From positions 1 through 35,050 of the forward strand of contig JBDRLY010000088.1 of the NCBI GenBank assembly GCA_043812735.1: DNA of 35,050 bases. The letters are read 5' to 3'. Below, in pieces: positions 27,161 to 35,050 of the stretch (position 1 is its first letter; the number at the start of each line of letters is the position of its first letter). The stretch is from Candidatus Omnitrophota bacterium (GTDB taxonomy: Bacteria > Omnitrophota > Gorgyraeia > JBDRLY01). The position numbers and the translations under genes are program-made. Below the pieces are notes generated by a model. It searched no databases. It was given only the letters and a program-made list of their open reading frames with translations, and had not been told where the DNA came from.

Positions 27161-28591
27161 TTAAGCCGTAAAATCTGTCTTTTCTAACGCCTCTTTGACT
27201 ACCTGCACGTCATAGAAGGAAACCGTTGTATCCTTAAAAATCTGGTATGTCTCGTGACCCTTCCCGGCTAATAATAACATATCGCCGGGCTTTGCAAGTC
27301 CAAGCAATTTGAATATCGCATCTCTTCTGTCGGTTATCTTTATGTAATTTGACTTTGTTATGCCCTTTTCTATGTCCTGTATTATGGCGCCGGGGTCTTC
27401 GGTCCTGGGATTATCGCTGGTCAGTATAACGTAATCTGCCAATTCCGTCGTTATTTTGCCCATCTTCGGCCTTTTTAGTTTATCCCTGTCGCCGCCGCAC
27501 CCGAATAAAACAATTATCCTTTCCGGATTTAATTCCCTGAGCGCCGTAATTACATTCTTCAGTGCATCATCGCTATGGGCATAATCCACAAATATCTCAA
27601 ACGGCTTGCCTGTTTCGACTCTTTGCAACCTGCCGGGCGGAGGCTCTGCGCTCTCAATACCCTTTATTACCTTTGTAAAATCCACATTGCATGCAGCAGC
27701 CGCTCCCGCCGCCGCCAAAATATTATATATGTTATGCCTGCCTATAAGCTTTGAATTGACTTCGGCTGTCCTACCGCATGAATTGAGAATAAATTTCAAG
27801 CCGTTTTTATTTAACTCCAGAATCCTGCATGATATATCCGCGCCTGCGTCTAAGCCATAAGAGAGGATCTTTCCTTTTCTTGAATTAATAAGCCGCACGC
27901 CGAAGGGGTCATCTTTGTTTACCACGGCAAACTTATCGCCCGCAAGCATACCGAACAACTTTGATTTTGCCAGGAAATAATCTTCCAAATCCTTATGATA
28001 ATCTAAATGCTCATGCGTAAGATTTGTAAAAACAGCGCATTCAAAGTTTATGCCGGCAACCCTATCCTGGTCTAAGGAGTGGGACGATACTTCTAACACG
28101 ACGTATTGCAGGCGCTCCTGTACCATTTCGTGCAGCATAAATTGCAGGTCCAAAACCCCGGGTGTAGTGTTCGTCGCCGGTATTGCGCGGTTGCCAAATC
28201 TGTAAGATATCGTTCCGATAACACCCGTGCCATACCCGGCGCTTGTAAGCATTTTCTCGATTAAATATGCGGTTGTAGTTTTGCCGTTTGTACCCGTAAT
28301 ACCGATGACTTTTAAATTTGACGAGGGGTCGGCGTAAAAACTCTTCGCTATCTCAACGAGAGCCTCTTTTGAATCTTTGACAATTATCTTTGTAATATGC
28401 TTCGGGCAATGAAAATCCCTCTCGGCTACAATGCATGATGCGCCGCGCTGTATTGCCTCGCCGATAAACTCATAACCGTCAAGTTTCGTTCCCTTGACGG
28501 CTATAAACATACCTTCCGGCTTTACCTTTTTAGAATCGCAGGTAATATCGCTTATTTTTATGTTATCCAAGATTTCACTGAGATTTGACAT
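27161..28591 (-). CDS. murE: UDP-MurNAc-L-Ala-D-Glu--2,6-diaminopimelate ligase
   Basis: 476 aa with GITGTNGKTTTAYL. The DNPR motif (LTSDNPRTEDP) is associated with meso-DAP specificity. Confidence 0.95.
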   Translation of the reverse strand: MSNLSEILDNIKISDITCDSKKVKPEGMFIAVKGTKLDGYEFIGEAIQRGASCIVAERDFHCPKHITKIIVKDSKEALVEIAKSFYADPSSNLKVIGITGTNGKTTTAYLIEKMLTSAGYGTGVIGTISYRFGNRAIPATNTTPGVLDLQFMLHEMVQERLQYVVLEVSSHSLDQDRVAGINFECAVFTNLTHEHLDYHKDLEDYFLAKSKLFGMLAGDKFAVVNKDDPFGVRLINSRKGKILSYGLDAGADISCRILELNKNGLKFILNSCGRTAEVNSKLIGRHNIYNILAAAGAAAACNVDFTKVIKGIESAEPPPGRLQRVETGKPFEIFVDYAHSDDALKNVITALRELNPERIIVLFGCGGDRDKLKRPKMGKITTELADYVILTSDNPRTEDPGAIIQDIEKGITKSNYIKITDRRDAIFKLLGLAKPGDMLLLAGKGHETYQIFKDTTVSFYDVQVVKEALEKTDFTA

Positions 28592-28606
28592 CGTTCCTAG
28601 CTTTTG

Positions 28607-30292
28607 CTAATTTTTTTCCGGCGGCAACCCAAGATAGCGCAGCGTATCGCCGGCAATCCTGCTAAACACAGGCGCGGCAACAGTGCCTCCGAAATAATAC
28701 GGGTGCGGTTCGTCCAGAACAACCACAATGGTAATGATGGGTTTACTAAACGGCGCAAAGCCGGCGAAGGAGGCAATAAATTTTGAGTGGGAATAAGTGC
28801 CGTCTTGTTCCAATTTTTGCGCCGTGCCTGTCTTGCCGGCGACGGCATAATTAGCCACTTTGGCGCGCTGGCCTGTGCCGGAATCGACCACCCCTTTAAG
28901 GAAAATTCTCGTATTCGCAGCGGCCTCTTCGGTTATCACGCGCCTTACGAGTGTCGGTTCGCGCTCATAAACTACCTGCTCCTCGCTGTCTATTATTTCC
29001 TTAACGATCCTTGGCTTCACCAAAACACCGCCGTTGGCAATTGCGCTTATTGCGCATGCCAGCTGAATCGAGGTAACGCCTACTTCCTGCCCCATGGGAA
29101 TATTCGTTATCGAGACGCCTGACCATTGCCGCGGCGGCCTGACGATTCCTTTCGCCTCGCCCGGCGTATCCACATAGGTTTTTTCCCCGAATCCGAAAAG
29201 TTTAATATACCGATAGAGCCTGTCTTTGCCTAAAATCTGCGCAACTTTGCATGTGCCTATGTTAGAAGATACTTCTATTATTTCTTTAAACGTCAGCCAA
29301 CCGTGCGGCCTGTGGTCATGCAGCGTGTGGCCGGCAAAATTATACATGCCGTTTTCACAGAAAAATTTTGCCTGGGGATTAAGGAGCTTTTCGTTTAAAA
29401 TGGCGCTTGCAGTCACAATTTTAAACGTCGAGCCCGGTTCAAAAATATCGGCTACGGCGCGGTTGCGCCTCTGGTAATTGTCATAGTTCCAAAAATAATT
29501 CGGGTCAAAAGAAGGCCTGTTGGCAAGCGCAAGTATGCCGCCGCTGTAAGGGTCCATAACGATAACCGTGCCTGTAGCCGCATTGGATTCTTTTATTGCC
29601 CTATCCAGTTCACGCTCTGCGATATGCTGGATAACCTCATCTATGGTCGTTATCAAACTCAAACCGTCAGTTGCCGGCAGGTAGCTAGATTCCAGGGCAG
29701 GCAAAACATTGCCCTTGGCGTCCCTTTCTATGCATCTTGAGCCGGGCTTGCCTGTTAAGTATTTATTATAATAAAGTTCTATGCCGTCGAGCCCCACATT
29801 ATCTATTCCTGCGTATCCCAGAAGATGCGAACAAAACTGCCCATTCGGGTAAAAGCGCCTGTATTCTTTCACAAAATCAAGCCCTTTTATTTTGAAAGAG
29901 CGAATACGCACCGCCAAATCAGGCGGCAACTTGCGCGCAATCCAAATAAAACCCTTATCGGCGTTGAGTTTTTCCGCCATAAGGTTCTGGTCTATTTTTA
30001 GTACATCGCTAAGTATTCTGGCGGTGTATTCTTTATCTTTGATTTCGCGCGGCATCGCGTAAAGGGAATCCGTCCTTGTAGAAATGGCCAGTTCTTTTTT
30101 GTTTCTGTCATAGATATCGCCTCTTTGCGCAGGAATTTCTACCGTAAGTTCGTGCTGCGATGCGGCAAGCTTGGATAAAAAATTATGCCGTATTACCTGA
30201 AGGTAAGCGAGCCTTATGAAAAGAAGGAAAAAAATGACACTGAATACGAGAAATATTATAAACAGACGGGACTTCTGTTTGGGGTTATACAC
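28607..30292 (-). CDS. ftsI: Divisome class B transpeptidase FtsI (PBP3)
   Basis: 561 aa with a TM anchor and the motifs STFK (PGSTFKIV), SSN (EVSSNIG) and KTG (GKTGTAQ). The start codon is GTG at 30292. It follows ftsL. Confidence 0.9.
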   Translation of the reverse strand: MYNPKQKSRLFIIFLVFSVIFFLLFIRLAYLQVIRHNFLSKLAASQHELTVEIPAQRGDIYDRNKKELAISTRTDSLYAMPREIKDKEYTARILSDVLKIDQNLMAEKLNADKGFIWIARKLPPDLAVRIRSFKIKGLDFVKEYRRFYPNGQFCSHLLGYAGIDNVGLDGIELYYNKYLTGKPGSRCIERDAKGNVLPALESSYLPATDGLSLITTIDEVIQHIAERELDRAIKESNAATGTVIVMDPYSGGILALANRPSFDPNYFWNYDNYQRRNRAVADIFEPGSTFKIVTASAILNEKLLNPQAKFFCENGMYNFAGHTLHDHRPHGWLTFKEIIEVSSNIGTCKVAQILGKDRLYRYIKLFGFGEKTYVDTPGEAKGIVRPPRQWSGVSITNIPMGQEVGVTSIQLACAISAIANGGVLVKPRIVKEIIDSEEQVVYEREPTLVRRVITEEAAANTRIFLKGVVDSGTGQRAKVANYAVAGKTGTAQKLEQDGTYSHSKFIASFAGFAPFSKPIITIVVVLDEPHPYYFGGTVAAPVFSRIAGDTLRYLGLPPEKN

Positions 30293-30316
30293 ACTAAAAA
30301 TCCGAATAATGGGGTT

Positions 30317-30694
30317 TTATTTAAGCGCTGTTGCGTGAGCTTCTCGTTTTATGGTGAATATACTTGCGAGTTGCCTAAAGGCGTTATTAATTATCCCCTT
30401 GTTCGCCTGCCTGGTCTCCTGCGGCTTTGCCAAAGCCATTGTTATTACCTTAGATTCGCTGGGCCAGGTTATAGCTGTCTTCTGGGACGCAAGGGCTTTT
30501 TCGAGGTTCCTGCAACTTCCAAGCGCAAATTTATTATATTTAAGATGGGCGTTATAGTCAAGTAATCTTTGGTAGTTGACCTCGCAGGTTTTTACATTGT
30601 AGCTTAGGATAATTTGGCTTGTCTGTAAATGTACATAACATAGTGCCACTGCGGTAGTTATGAATAATGACAATATAGCTCTTTTAGCGTACAT
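30317..30694 (-). CDS. ftsL: Putative cell division protein FtsL (positional call)
   Basis: 125 aa with a single N-terminal TM helix (ILSLFITTAVALCYVHL) followed by a helical segment. It occupies the canonical slot between rsmH and ftsI. I saw no diagnostic motif. Confidence 0.55.
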   Translation of the reverse strand: MYAKRAILSLFITTAVALCYVHLQTSQIILSYNVKTCEVNYQRLLDYNAHLKYNKFALGSCRNLEKALASQKTAITWPSESKVITMALAKPQETRQANKGIINNAFRQLASIFTIKREAHATALK

Positions 30695-30695
30695 T

Positions 30696-31574
30696 TTAAA
30701 GCTTCTCCGCTGCCCTTAATTTTGCGCTGCGCGAGCGCGGGTTACGTTGTATTTCTTCGGCGCTTGGCACAACAGGCTTTTTTGTCAATAAACGAACTTT
30801 CCCTTTTAGCGATAAGCTTTTAAATTTTTGTTTCGTAATCCTATCCTCAAGGGAGTGATAGGATAAAACGCATATGCGTCCTTTTTTGTTCAGAAAATTA
30901 ACTGCTTTATTCAAAGCTTCATCAAGCGCGGAGAGCTCGTCGTTTACCGCAATCCTCAGCGCCTGAAATGTTCTTGTCGCGGGATGTATCCTAACGCCTT
31001 TCCTCCGCCTAACCACACTTTCAATAAGCCCGGCCAGGTCTTTTGTCCGCTCGATCGGCTTCGGGTGCCTCTTTTTGACAATAGCACGCGCAATTCTTTT
31101 ACACCAGCGCTCCTGGCCATAATCTCGTAATATTCGCTCCAGCTCATCTTCTGTCCCTTTATTTACTATATCCCAGGCGCTGACTTCGGCGTTCAAATCC
31201 ATGCGCATGTCCAACGGCGCATCCAGCCTTATACTGAAGCCTCTTTTTTCATCGTCCAGCTGGAGGCTTGACATACCCAGGTCGAATAGCATGCCGTCAA
31301 CACCTGTTACTCCCAAATCCCAAAGAACTCGGTCAATATTCCTGAAATTCTCTTTGATTAATATCGCCTTGTCCTTAAACCCGGCGAGGCGCTCTTGCGC
31401 CGCCCTCAATGCCTGCCTGTCCTGATCAATTCCTATCAACAAGCCGCTGGGTATTACCAGATTCAATATCGCTTGCGCATGGCCGGCTCCGTTTACCGTG
31501 CAATCCAGGATAACCTTCCCGTCTTTTGGTTCAAGGTACGAAATAATTTCCTTTAGCAGAACCGGTATATGCAT
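30696..31574 (-). CDS. rsmH: 16S rRNA (cytosine1402-N4)-methyltransferase
   Basis: 292 aa with MHIPVLLKEI, DCTVNGAGHA, DLGMSSLQLD and SYHSLEDR. Confidence 0.95.
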   Translation of the reverse strand: MHIPVLLKEIISYLEPKDGKVILDCTVNGAGHAQAILNLVIPSGLLIGIDQDRQALRAAQERLAGFKDKAILIKENFRNIDRVLWDLGVTGVDGMLFDLGMSSLQLDDEKRGFSIRLDAPLDMRMDLNAEVSAWDIVNKGTEDELERILRDYGQERWCKRIARAIVKKRHPKPIERTKDLAGLIESVVRRRKGVRIHPATRTFQALRIAVNDELSALDEALNKAVNFLNKKGRICVLSYHSLEDRITKQKFKSLSLKGKVRLLTKKPVVPSAEEIQRNPRSRSAKLRAAEKL

Positions 31575-31583
31575 TAATACTTT

Positions 31584-32018
31584 TTACTCTATAATTTTCT
31601 CCGCTATTTCTTCGAAAGACCCCTTGGAAGAGTCGTAGTATTCACTCCATTTATCCTTTGCCCAGATTTCTATCCTGTTTGAAACGCCGACAACCATCAC
31701 ATCCCGCTTTATGCCGGCATATTCCTTAAGGTACCCGGGTAAAAGCACCCTACCCTGCTTATCGCAAGCGAGTTCGCACGCGCCTGAAAAATAAAGACGG
31801 TTAAATTGGCGCGACTGGGCTTTGGTAAAAGGCATGCTTTTGAATTTCTGCTCCTGCTGCTTCCATTCCTCTTCCGTAAAAACAAAAAGGCATTTGTCAA
31901 GCCCCCTTGTCGCGTAAATACGTTCGACATAATGGGCTTTAAATGCCTCGCGGAATTTTGAAGGAAGGATCAGCCTTCCTTTTTTGTCTATCGAGTGTTC
32001 ATACTCTCCGTAAAACAT
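31584..32018 (-). CDS. mraZ: Transcriptional regulator MraZ
   Basis: 144 aa with duplicated SpoVT/AbrB-like halves, each carrying the DxxGR motif (SIDKKGRLILPSKFR and CDKQGRVLLPGYLK). The SD AAGGTGA lies upstream. Confidence 0.95.
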   Translation of the reverse strand: MFYGEYEHSIDKKGRLILPSKFREAFKAHYVERIYATRGLDKCLFVFTEEEWKQQEQKFKSMPFTKAQSRQFNRLYFSGACELACDKQGRVLLPGYLKEYAGIKRDVMVVGVSNRIEIWAKDKWSEYYDSSKGSFEEIAEKIIE

Positions 32019-32028
32019 CGCTCACCTT

Positions 32029-32229
32029 TTAGAGCTCCTCTGCTATCACCTTTGTTATGTCTTTCTTTGCGACCTGGACAGTCTCGCCGCTTGCGTAGCT
32101 GTATGCCTCTACGCTTGTGCCGTTTTCTTTAGTTATAAAGCCGTGTTCCAGACCGCCGGATGTCTTCCAATAGATCCTTTTGCGGGTGTACGCCGAAGCG
32201 CCCTTTGTTGCCGTTGCTACCCTATTCAT
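32029..32229 (-). CDS. Small (66 aa) basic hypothetical protein encoded between the MraZ-box promoter and mraZ
   Basis: The internal ATG at 32229 is preceded by GGAAGGAGGAcaaa. The ORF (MNRVATATKGASAYTRKRIYWKTSGGLEHGFITKENGTSVEAYSYASGETVQVAKKDITKVIAEEL) stops 10 nt before the mraZ ATG. The longer 87-aa track ORF would start upstream of the predicted promoter. No family was recognised. Confidence 0.55.
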   Translation of the reverse strand: MNRVATATKGASAYTRKRIYWKTSGGLEHGFITKENGTSVEAYSYASGETVQVAKKDITKVIAEEL

Positions 32230-32239
32230 TTTGTCCTCC

Positions 32240-32265
32240 TTCCACTTTACTCCACCTTCCTCCAC
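32240..32265 (-). promoter_or_regulatory. Three direct GTGGAG/GTGGAA repeats with exact 10-bp phasing (candidate MraZ operator)
   Basis: The minus strand reads GTGGAGgaagGTGGAGtaaaGTGGAA, with boxes at 32265-60, 32255-50 and 32245-40. A fourth GTGGAG (32297-92) lies in the promoter spacer. The arrangement resembles published MraZ-binding direct repeats (GTGG-type boxes downstream of Pmra). Confidence 0.6.
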
Positions 32266-32276
32266 GATACAGTACT

Positions 32277-32305
32277 TATATATACCATACACTCCACTTT
32301 GTCAA
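32277..32305 (-). promoter_or_regulatory. Sigma70-like promoter of the dcw operon (Pmra equivalent)
   Basis: The minus strand reads TTGACA-17 nt-TATATA (TTGACAaagtggagtgtatggtaTATATA), about 48 nt upstream of the small-ORF ATG. Confidence 0.55.
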
Positions 32306-32412
32306 GGGGCAAAATGAAAGTTTTTTTATTGTGCATTGATTAGACTGGCTTTATCGACGGAAAAACCGGGTAGGAATCTCCAGGAGGCGTTAAAAAAATA
32401 TTTGTTTAAAAA

Positions 32413-33303
32413 TTACTTTTGCTGGCGGGATATAGCTTCTTCCAGCCGCTGAGGCCTAAAAGACAGCTCGCTCGCAGCTAATGATATGTCATTGCTTTTT
32501 TCGCACAGCAGGCGGGGTATTTGATCTTTTGTTAAGGAGCTATTCTTCAGGAACACAGATGAAATAGCTGCAAACAACCGGAATACGGGCAGCGGTATAT
32601 ACACCATTGGCTTCTTTAGATGTTTTAACTCCAGTACCTTTTCAACAAATTGCCTGTACGTAAAGGTCTCCGGACCTGCTATATTATAAATTTTATTCCT
32701 TATAGTATTATTTTCTATAACAGTTATCATAGAAGAAACGACGTCCGTTATATGCACAGGTGCCATTTTGTATTCCCCGCTTCCGATAATCGGTATAAAC
32801 GGAAATTTCTGGATATTATTCAAAATCATGTCAACGCCTGTTTTTCCTGAAAAACCGTATACCTCCCCAAGGCGCATAATCACCCAATCAATGCCGCTTT
32901 CCCGGACATAATCCTCCGCCATCAATTTCGACTTGCTGTAATGGCCCCCCTCGCCGGATATCGCCCTGGTGCTTATGAAAATAAATCTTTTTACCCCTTT
33001 TGACTTGCAGAGTTTCAGCAATTCCAGCGTAGCATACGCATTAATATCGTAATAGTCGCTTATCTTGTTCGTATGCGTTATGGCTGCCATGTGCAACACG
33101 GTATCGGTAGCGTCTAAACTACTGGCATAGCTTTTGCTGTCTAACAGGCTGCCTGAAATAAATTTTATTTTCGGATCAAGCGAAGGCGCAACCGCTTCTC
33201 GCTGAAGCACGGTTATTTTATAATCTTTGGCAAGCAGCTCTTTCAGTAAAAATCGGCCGATTTTGCCTGTTGAGCCAGTTAGGAAGATACTTTGAGGTTG
33301 CAT
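32413..33303 (-). CDS. NAD(P)-dependent epimerase/dehydratase-family (extended/atypical SDR) protein
   Basis: 296 aa with the Rossmann motif LTGSTGKIGRFLLKELL and the YxxxK catalytic pair (YSKSK). It directly abuts the GT2 gene. Confidence 0.8.
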   Translation of the reverse strand: MQPQSIFLTGSTGKIGRFLLKELLAKDYKITVLQREAVAPSLDPKIKFISGSLLDSKSYASSLDATDTVLHMAAITHTNKISDYYDINAYATLELLKLCKSKGVKRFIFISTRAISGEGGHYSKSKLMAEDYVRESGIDWVIMRLGEVYGFSGKTGVDMILNNIQKFPFIPIIGSGEYKMAPVHITDVVSSMITVIENNTIRNKIYNIAGPETFTYRQFVEKVLELKHLKKPMVYIPLPVFRLFAAISSVFLKNSSLTKDQIPRLLCEKSNDISLAASELSFRPQRLEEAISRQQK

Positions 33304-34017
33304 TTATTTAAAAAATCCAGCGATTCTTGCATGAATTAAATTCCTGATAAATTCAAAAACAGTCTCTGATTTAACAAACGAATTCCTGTAGTTGCACCTG
33401 TAAAACTTTGTCGGGATTTCCCCCATTTTAAGCTTAAGGCGCCTCGCCTGGAGCACCATTTCGGCGTCAAGGAACCAGTCCTCCGATGTTAAATGCATCT
33501 TAGCGTAAGCCCCCTTGGTAAAAATCTTGGGTTTTGAATTGACGTCTCTTACGCCTATGCCCGGAAATAATATCTTAAACAAAAAATTATATACGCCTGA
33601 AATAATTTTCCTCCTGAGGCCGTCATATCTTAGGAGCCTATAAGTAGTCACGAAATCCAAATTGTCCTGTTTTATCTTTTTGTAAACCCTGATAATGTCA
33701 TCCATGGGCATTTGTTCATCGCCGTCAATAAAGCATATATAATTGCCTGTGGCTGCGGCCAGTCCGCTTCTTGCATCCCAGCCCATCATACCCCTTTTGG
33801 GCTGCGCGACGGCTTTGATATTTTCCATCTTCGATGCAATATCATTTACCACCTTGGGGGTAGTATCATTTGTATTTTCAAAATAATTTCCGACAAGCAC
33901 TATCTCCCAGGAAGAGACAGAGTTATTCAACAACTCTACGGTTTTATCTACAAAACCATATATCCTCTCGCCTGCCTTATAACAAAGTATCACTACGGAA
34001 ATTTCAACCGTGTTCAT
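33304..34017 (-). CDS. GT2-family (polyprenyl-phosphate type, ArnC/GtrB/DPM1-like) glycosyltransferase
   Basis: 237 aa with the N-terminal GT-A start SVVILCYKAGERI and DxD (FIDGDEQ). No C-terminal TM segments are visible. An ATGA overlap joins it to the upstream GT39/83-like gene. Confidence 0.8.
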   Translation of the reverse strand: MNTVEISVVILCYKAGERIYGFVDKTVELLNNSVSSWEIVLVGNYFENTNDTTPKVVNDIASKMENIKAVAQPKRGMMGWDARSGLAAATGNYICFIDGDEQMPMDDIIRVYKKIKQDNLDFVTTYRLLRYDGLRRKIISGVYNFLFKILFPGIGVRDVNSKPKIFTKGAYAKMHLTSEDWFLDAEMVLQARRLKLKMGEIPTKFYRCNYRNSFVKSETVFEFIRNLIHARIAGFFK

Positions 34018-35050
34018 CGCGAAAAAAGTATGTGGTAGTTGCTGGTGGCAAGTATTTTTATCGCAGGTAGCTTCAATAATAATTTGTCGTAATCCTGCTT
34101 ATTCATGAGAAAAAGGGCCTGCGTTTGGGGCGTAACAAGTTTCATCAGGCTGGCCTCATCGTCCAGTTTTTTGAACACATCTCCGAAATAAAATATTATT
34201 CCGGGGTCAGAAACACGGTACAGATATACGCCTTTTTCTTCAGAGGAATGAGACTGCGCTATGCTTGCAAGCGACTTGGCTTCCTTATTAAAATCAAGAT
34301 TAAAAATATGATATTTTGTGCTGTAAGAGGCTATGATAATTATAACCAGAATAAAAAACAGCACCCATCGTTGTTTCAGAAACTTCTCTAACACAGTTGC
34401 GGTTGCTATCGATAACGCAGGATATATCGGTATAGCATACCAGGGCAATTTTGTTTTTGTTAAAGTAAAGATGCCCAATACGGCTAAAGCCCATGATAAA
34501 ACAAATATCGCTGCCTGTCTGTTTGCGGGCCGGCTAGTGCTTTTTTTAAACGCCGGATACAACATATAAACCAGCGAAACAATGCCCAATATGCCCCACG
34601 GCCTGCCTTTATTCATTATTACATTCAGGTAATAAAAACTGTTCCCCGTATGCCCGTCCAAAACCATTGTAGTCCTGCGAATAAGGTGTTTAAACAGGTA
34701 ACCATCCAGAAATAATTCTTTATATTTACAATACTCAAATATATGCCAGGGCAGAATAATCACTATGCCTGCCGCAAGCCCTACAAACAACGCCGGCTTT
34801 AACAATGCCTTAAACTCACCGGATAAAACTGCGGATAAAAATATTACAACTGGGATAATCAGGGCGGATAATCCCTTGGTCAGCGCGGCCAAGGCGAAGA
34901 AAATCCCCACACCGAAAAGCCAGTTTTTACTGCCTTTTTTTCCTTTTAAAAAACACAATAGCGCTGCGCAGAGAAAAAATACAAGCGGAACATCAAGTGT
35001 TGCCATTTTTGAAAAAAACAAAAACTGCATTGTGCTGAGAAGGGCGCCGC
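34014..35050 (-). CDS. ArnT/PMT-like (GT39/GT83 family) polytopic glycosyltransferase, 5' end outside the window
   Basis: More than 338 aa and highly hydrophobic, with multiple TM helices followed by a soluble C-terminal domain. The reading frame stays open upstream of the ATG at 35030 to the window edge (..GALLSTMQFLFF..). It is paired with a GT2 gene as in arnC/arnT-type modules. Confidence 0.7.
   Translation of the reverse strand, partial: GALLSTMQFLFFSKMATLDVPLVFFLCAALLCFLKGKKGSKNWLFGVGIFFALAALTKGLSALIIPVVIFLSAVLSGEFKALLKPALFVGLAAGIVIILPWHIFEYCKYKELFLDGYLFKHLIRRTTMVLDGHTGNSFYYLNVIMNKGRPWGILGIVSLVYMLYPAFKKSTSRPANRQAAIFVLSWALAVLGIFTLTKTKLPWYAIPIYPALSIATATVLEKFLKQRWVLFFILVIIIIASYSTKYHIFNLDFNKEAKSLASIAQSHSSEEKGVYLYRVSDPGIIFYFGDVFKKLDDEASLMKLVTPQTQALFLMNKQDYDKLLLKLPAIKILATSNYHILFSR

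Noticed and set aside
28597-28848. 83-aa minus-strand ORF and 60-aa plus-strand ORF at the 3' end of ftsI
   Set aside because: Both lie entirely within ftsI in alternative frames. Their composition is Arg/Pro-rich, typical of off-frame translation.
1-35050. Mobile element, prophage or defence island somewhere in the window
   Set aside because: No integrase, transposase, recombinase, restriction, toxin-antitoxin or cas-like ORF is present. Every ORF longer than 200 aa is accounted for by housekeeping envelope or translation genes. The only mobile-looking sequences are the short non-coding repeat elements reported above.

Overview
The whole 35 kb window is one co-directional cell-envelope supercluster: every credible gene is on the minus strand. 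It comes from a Gram-negative-type bacterium, judged by lgt/lspA lipoprotein maturation and a DNPR (meso-DAP type) MurE. The lineage cannot be assigned from sequence alone. Read in the direction of transcription (high to low coordinates), the units are:

1. A three-gene glycosylation module: ArnT/PMT-like GT (5' end off-window), GT2 and an SDR epimerase.
2. A sigma70-like promoter with three phased GTGGAG boxes (MraZ-operator-like).
3. A small unknown ORF, then mraZ-rsmH-ftsL-ftsI-murE-murF-mraY-murD-ftsW-murG.
4. A secreted NHL beta-propeller gene, then murC-murB-ddl-ftsQ-ftsA.
5. No ftsZ. Instead yggS-proC-mtnP-ileS, a dksA-like gene, then lspA-lgt-rluD.
6. A stand-alone membrane-anchored coiled-coil gene with its own promoter and terminator.
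7. aroA (class II-like motifs).
8. A promoter, then mreB-mreC-mreD-mrdA-rodA (3' end off-window).

I could not recognise any rRNA, tRNA, CRISPR array, transposase, integrase or defence gene. This is core housekeeping DNA, so the noteworthy observations are modest:

- ftsZ is missing from its canonical slot.
- An extra periplasmic propeller gene is inserted in the dcw cluster and translationally coupled to murC.
- A small ORF sits between the MraZ-box promoter and mraZ.
- A dispersed ~90-100 bp inverted-repeat element family is built from 10-bp-phased CRCAGAT heptamers. It occupies three dcw intergenic gaps.
- A 37-bp tandem duplication lies after murG.
- Heptamer tandem repeats forming a hairpin lie inside the ileS coding sequence.
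- A perfect 20-bp palindrome encodes the LspA C-terminal tail.

All functional calls rest on motif recognition by eye and on gene order. No database search was run.
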